NCBI GenBank assembly: GCA_035710515.1
Contig: DASTDE010000004.1
Location: 403,434 to 467,433 of the forward strand
From: Candidatus Rubrimentiphilum sp.
GTDB lineage: Bacteria; Vulcanimicrobiota; Vulcanimicrobiia; Vulcanimicrobiales; Vulcanimicrobiaceae
DNA length: 64,000 bases
Direction of reading: 5' to 3'
The notes beneath the pieces are model-generated. The model was not told where the DNA came from and did no database searches. It worked only from the letters and a program-made list of their open reading frames with translations. This document shows positions 56,729 through 64,000 of this stretch, in pieces; position 1 is the stretch's first letter, and every line of letters starts with the position of its first letter. The translations under genes were made by a program, and so were the position numbers.

Positions 56729-57732
56729 TGACGACCGCTACCACCAAGCGTCCCCGTGTTATGTCCGGCATGCGCCCGACGGGAAATTTGCATCTCGGAC
56801 ACTACGTCGGCGTGCTGACGCAGTGGGTGAAGTATTGCGACACAGCCGATGCCTTCTTTGAAATCGCGGATTTGCACGCGCTGACGACCGGATTCGAAGA
56901 TCCGCAGGCGATTCGTGATGCGCGCAACGAGATGGTGGTGGACTGGCTGGCCGCCGGCGTCGATCCAAAAAAATCCACGCTCTATTTGCAGTCCGGCATT
57001 CCCGAGATATCCGAGCTCGAGACGCTGCTCGGCATGATCACGCCGATTTCGTGGCTCGAACGGGTGCCGACGTACAAAGGACAGATCGCGGAGATCGGGC
57101 CGGAGATCGCGACCTACGGGTTTTTGGGCTATCCGCTGCTGCAACTCTGCGACATTGCGATCTTCCACGGCGAGCTCGTGCCCGTCGGCAAAGACCAAGT
57201 TGCGCACCTTGAGTTCGCGCGCGAGGTCGTGCGCCGCTTCAACTATCTCTACGGCGGCGGCGAGGAGATTCTGGTCGAGCCCAAAGCCATGCTGTCGAAC
57301 TTCCCCGACGTTCCGGGCACGGACGGGCGCAAAATGAGCAAGTCCTATAACAACGTGATTTTGCTCAGTGACGACGACGCGGCCACGACCGAAAAAGTTC
57401 GCGGCATGCTGACCGATCCGCAAAAAATTCGCCGCAACGATCCCGGCCGCCCGGAGATTTGTCCGGTGTTTTCGCTATGGAAGTTCGTCAAGCCGCAGCA
57501 CACGGCGATCGTCGAACGCGACTGCCGCTCCGGTGCATTGGGCTGCGTTCAGGACAAAGGCGACCTCGCCGAAGCGCTCAACGAATTCCTGAAGCCATTA
57601 CGCGAACGGCGCAAGCTGTTTGCTGCCGATAAAGCGTACGTTGAGGGCATCATTGCCGAAGGCACGGCGCGCGCCCGGGGACTCGCCGCGAAAACGCTGG
57701 CGGATGTGAAGCGCGCAATGAAGCTCACTTAG
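56728..57732 (+). CDS. trpS: tryptophan--tRNA ligase
   Basis: ATG 56728 forms a TGATG junction with thiD. The HIGH motif is TGNLHLGHYVG and the KMSKS motif is present. The track ORF start (56470) lies inside thiD. Confidence 0.92.
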   Translation: MTTATTKRPRVMSGMRPTGNLHLGHYVGVLTQWVKYCDTADAFFEIADLHALTTGFEDPQAIRDARNEMVVDWLAAGVDPKKSTLYLQSGIPEISELETLLGMITPISWLERVPTYKGQIAEIGPEIATYGFLGYPLLQLCDIAIFHGELVPVGKDQVAHLEFAREVVRRFNYLYGGGEEILVEPKAMLSNFPDVPGTDGRKMSKSYNNVILLSDDDAATTEKVRGMLTDPQKIRRNDPGRPEICPVFSLWKFVKPQHTAIVERDCRSGALGCVQDKGDLAEALNEFLKPLRERRKLFAADKAYVEGIIAEGTARARGLAAKTLADVKRAMKLT

Positions 57733-58588
57733 CCTGAGCTGCAATAGTATATTTCGGATCTTTAGCGGAAGCGCAGCCGGCGCGATAGACTGCAAACCGT
57801 TCCGCTAAACCGCCCGCGAGCAGTAGAGCTCCGGCAACGCGACCGAGCGTATCGGACTTCTTCGCAAAACTTGCGCACACCATTCCACCGATGTTAAGTA
57901 TGCGAGCGGTGCGGGCAAGCGCGCCGGCTTCGCCTTTTTTGTACGGCTCGACTTGCACGGGCCCAAGCTCCTGATACACGGCTTGTAACGCAGCGACCGT
58001 TGCCGTCCCGCCTAGCATGGCAAGACGCCGCGCCGACCCGCTCTTGCGCGCCGGTCCGAAAAGCATTCCCCATGCGCCCGCGCTCGAAGCCGAAGTGGCT
58101 GCGAAGAGCGCGGGCAATGTCGTACGCGGCAAATGCCACGCGGGCATGACCGTGTTGCCGACAAGCACCGAGGTGTAGACCGACATCATTGGGCCAATCA
58201 GTCCGGCGATCGTTGCGAAAAATCGGCCGGCGGGTTTCGCGACGCCGGTGAGCTCCGACCCGGCGGCGAAGAACACCGAACCCGTAAACGCGGAAAAAAT
58301 GTAAACGCCGACGCTCATCGGCGACGTCGGGTTGAAGTGCTTCACCATATTAAGGAAGCGTTCGGGTCTTCTGAGATCCGCGATCAGGCAATAGGTGCTG
58401 AGAGCCGTACCGGCAGCTGCTCCGAGGATCATCGTGCGCGCCAAACGTTCGTTTCCCGCAATTCGCTCGGCCACGCCGAGCGTGGCCGCCGTTCCCGCCA
58501 TGCCACCCGCGAAAAAATACAGGGGAATCAAGTCGGTCCAAGCCGGCGGTTTGACGACAGGCCGTCCGTAGTACCCGTTCTCGCTCAT
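57725..58588 (-). CDS. NrfD/PsrC-type integral membrane subunit of the formate dehydrogenase complex
   Basis: About 287 aa from ATG 58588 (ATGA overlap with the upstream stop). The sequence is YYGRPVVKPPAWTDLIPLYFFAGGMAGTAATLG, with 8 TM helices typical of NrfD-like subunits. Confidence 0.72.
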   Translation of the reverse strand: MSENGYYGRPVVKPPAWTDLIPLYFFAGGMAGTAATLGVAERIAGNERLARTMILGAAAGTALSTYCLIADLRRPERFLNMVKHFNPTSPMSVGVYIFSAFTGSVFFAAGSELTGVAKPAGRFFATIAGLIGPMMSVYTSVLVGNTVMPAWHLPRTTLPALFAATSASSAGAWGMLFGPARKSGSARRLAMLGGTATVAALQAVYQELGPVQVEPYKKGEAGALARTARILNIGGMVCASFAKKSDTLGRVAGALLLAGGLAERFAVYRAGCASAKDPKYTIAAQAK

Positions 58589-59373
58589 TTGCGTATGCTC
58601 GCGCAAAGTGCGACGGCGCCAAACAGAAGTGCGGCAGCGATTCCGGCAGTTCGCCAGCGCTCGGGCAAGTCGCGCGTCGGCACGATCGGATCCGGCGGCA
58701 GTCCGTAGACCTCGGGTTTATCGAGCAGTAAGAAGATCGAACCGCCGCCTCCGATTCCATCGTTCGGATCATTGAGGTAGAGCTGCGCGCCGTCGAATCG
58801 CTGTTGGACGTTCTCCAAGCGCTTTTCGGCGCGTTCACGTAATTCGTCGACTGCGCCGAACTGGATCGATTCGGTAGGACACGCTTTCGCGCACGCCGGT
58901 TGTTCGCCGGTTTTGAGACGGTCGTAGCACAGCGTGCATTTGGCCATCGTGTTGGTTTCGTGCTTTTCGCCGATCACACCGAACGGACAGGCCACCACGC
59001 AGTAGCCGCATCCGTTGCAAATGTCCGGTTGAATGAAAACCGTGCCGAACTCGGTGCGAATGATCGCGCCCGTAGGGCAGACGTCCAAGCAACCCGCCTG
59101 CGTGCAATGCTTGCAGACGTCGGACTCCATCAGCCAGCGCCCCGTATCCGCTCGTTTATCGAACTGCTCGATGAACGCTACGTGCCGCCAGGTTTCGCCG
59201 TTCAGTTCTTTGGTGTTGTCGTACGACTCGCCGGTGAATTCGTAACCGTCTGCGGGCAAGCGGTTCCACTCTTTGCACGCAACCTCGCAGGCTTTGCAGC
59301 CGATGCAGAGCGTCGTGTCGGTAAAGAATCCCATGCGATCTTGTTCCGAAGTCAGATCGATGAAGTCGCTCAC
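58585..59373 (-). CDS. fdhB: formate dehydrogenase iron-sulfur subunit (FdnH/DmsB-type, four 4Fe-4S clusters, C-terminal TM anchor)
   Basis: The cluster motifs are CIGCKACEVACKEWN, CKHCTQAGCLDVCP, CNGCGYCVVACP and CTLCYDRLKTGEQPACAKACP. The C-terminal helix is WRTAGIAAALLFGAVALCASI. Confidence 0.85.
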   Translation of the reverse strand: MSDFIDLTSEQDRMGFFTDTTLCIGCKACEVACKEWNRLPADGYEFTGESYDNTKELNGETWRHVAFIEQFDKRADTGRWLMESDVCKHCTQAGCLDVCPTGAIIRTEFGTVFIQPDICNGCGYCVVACPFGVIGEKHETNTMAKCTLCYDRLKTGEQPACAKACPTESIQFGAVDELRERAEKRLENVQQRFDGAQLYLNDPNDGIGGGGSIFLLLDKPEVYGLPPDPIVPTRDLPERWRTAGIAAALLFGAVALCASIRK

Positions 59374-62351
59374 GAGCGACCTCCGCGCGGCCGGCGCCCG
59401 GGCATGATGTTGCAGGTCAAACCCTTGGTTTCATTGATGTGCACGTTCGGTTCGAGCGTGAGCTGCAGCAAATCGTTGGTGGAATCGCCGGTCACGATGC
59501 CGCGCGATCCCCAATGATACGGTAAGCCAACCGAATGGAGTTCTTTGCCCTGCACGCGCATCGGCTTGATGCGGTCGGTCACCATGACGCGCGCTTCGAT
59601 TACGGCGCGCGCGGTAGAGATCGTCGCCCAATCGCCGTGCGCGAGACCGCGCAGTTGCGCGAGCGCCGGACTGACCTCACAGAACAACTCAGGCTGCAAC
59701 TCGCTCAAATGGGCAACGGTTCGAGTCATGCCGCCGGCAGTGTGATGTTCGGTGAGCCGATACGTGTAGAGAACAAACGGAAAGGCGCCGCCGTGCCGTT
59801 CGCTGGGCGACGGATTCGATTCATTAAACGCGTGCGGAAGTTCTTCACGGCACGGGTTTTGCTGCTGCGAATACAAGAGATTTTGCACGGGTGATTCGTG
59901 GGGCTCGTAATGCGCGGGCAGCGGACCGTCGAGCAAACCGTTCGGCGCAAAGATCCAACCGAGTCCGTCGTCCTTCATGATGAACGGATGATCGCCGGCA
60001 ATGGCATCCTGTGCTTTGGCGCCGCTGGGCGGAACGTAATCGGGGCGTTTATTCCGTTCGAAGTCGGGCGAGTCAAGGCCGGTCCACTCGCTTTTTTCCT
60101 CGTCCCACCAGACGTATTTCTTGCGTTCGCTCCACGGTTTGCCGTCGGGATCCGCCGACGCGCGATTGTACAGAATCCGCCGGTTTGCCGGCCACGCCCA
60201 TGCCCACTCCGGCGCCACCCAGTGCTGTTCGCTTCCCGCTTTGCGTCGTGCCGTTTGGTTTTGTTCGTTCTCGTAGCAGCCGGAATAGATCCAACAGCCG
60301 CACGACGTGGTGCCGTCAGCTTTGAGCTGGCCGTAACCGGAAAGCGCTTTGCCGTTTGCGTCCCAGCCGTTAATTTCGCGCAACACTGCCGCTGCATCGG
60401 GTTCGCGTGTCTCGCCGCGTTCGGGATACTCCCACGTCACAAAGCGGACCGGATCCGAATGCGGGTCGGTTTGTTGCGCGATCTTGCCCTTGATCCGTTT
60501 TCCTAAGTGATAGTAGAACCACAGCTCGGAGCGCGCCTCGCCTTTGGGCTCGATTGCTTTGTGGTGCCATTGTAAGAGCCGCTGCGTGTTGGTGAACGAG
60601 CCGGGTTTTTCCACATGAGCGGCAGCCGGCATCCAGAAGACTTCGGTTTTGATCGCCTCAGTCCGCAACTCGCCGGAAGCGATCTCAGGTGAATCATGCC
60701 AGAACGCCGCGCTCTCGGTCTCGGTAAAGTCGCGTACGACCAGCCAGTCGAGGTTCGCGAGCGCGCGGCGGTGCAAGCCCGAATTGCCTGACCCGACCGC
60801 CGGATTTTCGCCGACGCAGAAAAAGCCTTTGACCTTTCCGTCGAGCATGTCGATGGCGCTGCGGAAGGTTGAATGATCGCCGTTGATGCGCGGCAGCAAG
60901 TCGAAGCAATAGTCATTTTCAGCCGTCGCGTGTTCGCCGAACCACGCTTTGAGCAGACTGATGAGGTACGTGTCGATGTTTCCCCAATGGCCGCCCTTTT
61001 TGGCGCCTTCGATCTCGATGAACCGCTTTAAATTAGGATGCTTGTCCGGGCGCGGCATTGAGATATATCCCGGCAAGAGATCGAAGAGCGTCGGGATGTC
61101 GGTTGAGCCCTGAATCGACGCATGGCCGCGCAACGCCATAATTCCGCCGCCCGGCCTTCCAATATTGCCGAGCAGCAATTGAATGATTGCGGCGCCGCGA
61201 ATTACTTGGACTCCGGTCGTGTGCTGTGTCCAGCCGACCGAGTAGCAGAACGCGGACGTGCGCTCTCGCCCGCTGTTAGCGCAAAGCGCTTCGGCTACTT
61301 CGATCAGCCGAGCGGGCGCGACGCCGCAGATCTCCGCGACGGTTTCGGGCGTGTACCGCGCGTAGTGGCGCTTGAGCACTTGATAGACGCAGCGCGGATG
61401 TTGGAGCGTTTTGTCCTGCGTGCCCTCGTACTGCCAGCTTTCCAATGAATAGCCGGTTTCATTCCATCCCGAGAAGAGGCCGTCGAGATCTTCCGTGTCC
61501 TTGAAATCTTCGCGCAGGATCGCCGGCGCGTTGGTGTAGTTGACGACGTAGTCTTTGAATGCGCGGTCGTTCTCGAGAATGTAATGGATGATGCCGCCCA
61601 GGAACGCGATGTCGCTGCCGGGACGGATCGCTACATGCAAATTTGCCATCGCGCTGGTGCGCGTGAAGCGCGGATCCACGTGGATGATTTTCGCGCCGTG
61701 CTCGCGCGCTTCCATGACCCATTGGAAACCAACCGGATGGTTCTCCGCCATGTTGGACCCCATGATCACGATGCAATCGGAGTTCTGCAGGTCTTGCTGG
61801 AATGTCGTCGCGCCGCCGCGTCCGAACGAGGTTCCCAAACTGGGAACCGTCGAGCTATGTCATATTCGGGCCTGATTTTCAACCTGCACGACGCCTAGCG
61901 CCGTGTAGAGTTTTTTCATCAGGTAGTTCTCTTCGTTATCGAGCGTCGCGCCGCCGAGATGGGCGATTCCGGCGCAGCGATTGAGTGGGCGGCCTTCGCC
62001 GTCCGTCGCCTCCCACGTCTCGCGCCGCGTTTTCAGCACGCGATCGGCGATCATGTCCATCGCGCGTTCGAGCGGGAGCTCTTCCCAGTGCGTGCCGTAC
62101 GGTCGCCGGTATTTTACTTTATATTCGCGGAACGGGTTTTGAACGAGCGAAAGGCTGGCGGCGCCTTTGGGGCAGAGGCGGCCGCGCGAGATCGGGCTGT
62201 CGGGATCGCCTTCGATCTGAACGATCGTTTCGTCTTTGACGTAGACATTCTGGCCGCAGCCGACCGCGCAATATGGACAGATCGACTTCACGACCTTCGC
62301 ACCGCTTAACCGTGAGACCGGCAGCATGCGCAGGGGCTTCGACCGGAGCAA
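59370..62351 (-). CDS. fdhA: formate dehydrogenase catalytic subunit (molybdopterin, FdnG/FdoG-type) with in-frame selenocysteine UGA at 61860-61862
   Basis: Track ORFs 61860..62351 and 59370..61838 are in the same frame and are separated only by a TGA. Across the junction the protein reads VENQARI-U-HSSTVPSLGTSFGRGGATT, matching the FdnG active-site context (DNQARV-U-HGPTVASLAPTFGRGAMTN). The N-terminal CPYCAVGCG motif is the 4Fe-4S site. The start is TTG 62351 or ATG 62327. Confidence 0.88.
61827..61852 (-). promoter_or_regulatory. SECIS-like hairpin downstream of the selenocysteine UGA
   Basis: On the minus strand, 7 nt after the UGA: CGA-C-GGUUCCCA-GUU-UGGGAACC-UCG. This is a perfect 8-bp apical stem with a G/U-containing loop, a bulged C and a 3-bp lower stem. 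Confidence 0.6.
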
Positions 62352-62365
62352 AGCAAGACCCCGCG

Positions 62366-63907
62366 ATGAAGCGCACCCTCATTCTGCTGGCATTTTGCTG
62401 CTCCGTGTCGCCCGCTTTGGCAGCGCCGGCCAAAGCCAAGCCCTCGCTCGCGAGCGCAATTCAAGCCATCGTTAACCGCTATCCCAACTCGCAATTCGGA
62501 GTCGCGATCTACGATCTGGATGCTCGCAAAACCATCTACGATCTCAACGCGCAGCGTTTCTTCGTTGCGGCGTCAACGACGAAGTTGCTGACCGAAGGCA
62601 CGACGCTTGCGCTTCTCGGTCCGGACTACCGATTTCGTACGAATGTGTACCGTAACGGCCCGATCGATGCGAGCGGCACGCTGCAAGGCGACGTTATTCT
62701 GCAGGCATCCGGCGATCCGAACCTGTCGGGCCGAATTCAGCTGGACGGCACGATGGCTTTCGAAAACGAGGATCATTCCTACGACGGATCGCCCGACACC
62801 AAAGCTGTGCCTGGCAATCCGCTGGCGGTCATCAACGATCTCGCTGCGCAGATCGCCGCGCGCGGCATCAAGAAAGTTACCGGACAGGTTATCGTCGATG
62901 ACGCCCTGTTTCCGGGAGGCTATCCGGAGTCGGGAACGGGCGTCATTGTCTCTTCAATTGTCGTCAACGACAATATTGTGGACGTGACCGTCAGTCCGGG
63001 CACGCGACCCGGCGATCCGGTAACCATCGCGGTTTCACCGCAAACGCCGTACGCGGTCTTCATTAATAAAGCGACAACCGGTGCGGCGGGCAGCGATCGC
63101 AACATCTCCGTTCCCGACGGTGTCGCCGACGCAGCCGGCATGAGGACGGTAACGATAACCGGTTCGTTGCCCGCCGGCTCTCCGCCGATTCTCTATGCGT
63201 ACGACGTCCCGTCGCCGCGTCGATTTGCCGAAGTTGCCTTAACGACGGCGTTGCAGAACGCTAGCGTCGCGATCGGCCCGAGTGCCGGCGGGACCGCGGC
63301 GAACGCTGCTTCAGAAGTAGATGCCAACATCATCGCAACGCATCTTTCGCCGCCGTTGAGCCAAGACGTCAAAGTGACGCTCAAGGTCAGCGACAACTTG
63401 CACGCGTCTATGATGCCGTATTTATGGTCCCCAAAACACACGCTACGCGCGGGTTTTGATCTCGAGCGCGCTTTCTTTCAGCGAGCCGGATTGGATCCGG
63501 GCGAAATCGTCCAGAACGACGGCTTAGGCGGCAATGCGTTTATTCAACCGCAGTTCATGGTGAAGTACTTGGCATATCTGCGAACGCAGCCGTTCTTTGA
63601 GACGCTCTACAGCTCGCTGCCGGTGTTGGGCATGGATGGCACGCTCTTCAACATCGCCAATAACTCGCCGGCCCGCGGCAAAGTTCATGCGAAGACCGGT
63701 ACCTGGGGCGTCGGCGACGCGCTCAATCAACGCGCGATGGTTACGGGTAAGGGGCTCGCGGGCTACATGACAACCGCTTCGGGGCGGCACATCGCGTTTT
63801 GTTTCTATTTAAACAACTTGGCGGTACCGCACGGCCAAGACTCGAGTCGAGTCGCCGGTCAAATCAACGGCGAACTTGCAACGGCGGCATATCTCTATGT
63901 CCCATGA
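62366..63907 (+). CDS. dacB: D-alanyl-D-alanine carboxypeptidase/endopeptidase (PBP4, peptidase S13)
   Basis: ATG 62366 gives the signal peptide MKRTLILLAFCCSVSPALAAPAKA. The SxxK motif is AASTTKL, the SxN motif is VSDNLH and the KTG motif is HAKTGTW. The track extension to 62273 overlaps the fdhA 5' end. Confidence 0.85.
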   Translation: MKRTLILLAFCCSVSPALAAPAKAKPSLASAIQAIVNRYPNSQFGVAIYDLDARKTIYDLNAQRFFVAASTTKLLTEGTTLALLGPDYRFRTNVYRNGPIDASGTLQGDVILQASGDPNLSGRIQLDGTMAFENEDHSYDGSPDTKAVPGNPLAVINDLAAQIAARGIKKVTGQVIVDDALFPGGYPESGTGVIVSSIVVNDNIVDVTVSPGTRPGDPVTIAVSPQTPYAVFINKATTGAAGSDRNISVPDGVADAAGMRTVTITGSLPAGSPPILYAYDVPSPRRFAEVALTTALQNASVAIGPSAGGTAANAASEVDANIIATHLSPPLSQDVKVTLKVSDNLHASMMPYLWSPKHTLRAGFDLERAFFQRAGLDPGEIVQNDGLGGNAFIQPQFMVKYLAYLRTQPFFETLYSSLPVLGMDGTLFNIANNSPARGKVHAKTGTWGVGDALNQRAMVTGKGLAGYMTTASGRHIAFCFYLNNLAVPHGQDSSRVAGQINGELATAAYLYVP

Positions 63908-64000
63908 TTTACCGACCCGATTTGGGCGCTTCGGCGAGCTGCTGTTGGTCGCAGCGGTTGCCCTTGGGCTGATAAACCAGTTTGCCTTTCACGGTCAGGT
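63897..64000 (+). CDS. 5' fragment of a hypothetical membrane protein (runs off the window)
   Basis: The open frame from ATG 63897 reads MSHDLPTRFGRFGELLLVAAVALGLINQFAFHGQ.... It has a basic N-terminus followed by a hydrophobic helix and overlaps the dacB end by 11 nt. It is too short to identify. Confidence 0.3.
   Translation, partial: MSHDLPTRFGRFGELLLVAAVALGLINQFAFHGQ

Overview
This is a GC-rich bacterial chromosomal window centred on the replication origin. No homology or structure search was run; all calls come from reading the ORF track and the sequence.

Core layout:
- Minus strand, left of the origin: dnaA-dnaN-(phosphoesterase)-recF-DUF721-gyrB.
- Plus strand, right of the origin: rpmH-rnpA-yidD-yidC-jag-mnmE, hdeD-like, mnmG-rsmG, cca, parA-parB, thiE-thiD-trpS.
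- Gene orientation flips at the dnaA/rpmH spacer, as expected for oriC.
- Directly left of gyrB lies a roughly 21 kb co-directional outer-membrane/LPS cluster: tamB-bamA, three Skp/OmpH paralogs, lpxD-lpxC-fabZ-lpxA-lpxB, a metallophosphoesterase, an LpxB-related protein, an O-antigen-ligase-like protein, an LptC/A-like lipoprotein, lptB, one LptF/G permease, DUF3084 and an RNase-H-fold protein. The organism is therefore a diderm that makes LPS.
- Further left: an OMP/TPR/GT4 operon, a secreted Ig-like protein, recQ, dnaX-ybaB-recR, an adenylate-cyclase-STAND-TPR protein, and a small accessory locus.
- Right end: a selenocysteine-containing formate dehydrogenase operon (in-frame UGA plus a SECIS-like hairpin) and a PBP4-type carboxypeptidase.

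No rRNA, tRNA, CRISPR array or mobile element was seen.

Most interesting observations:
1. A divergent pair at 3.3-4.0 kb: an unannotated 30-aa peptide and a 134-aa protein share a hydrophobic helix followed by an ACCxPIDL(S/T) motif, conserved at protein level through synonymous codon changes.
2. Three conserved genes (recF, mnmE, a TPR protein) have conserved or expected N-termini that can only be encoded from near-cognate codons (AUU, AUA, CUG/AUU). In each case that codon overlaps the upstream stop codon.
3. A bipartite oriC with a DnaA-trio-like array next to an AT-rich tract.
4. Unusual content in the outer-membrane cluster, including a giant coiled-coil Skp and a candidate replacement for LpxH.
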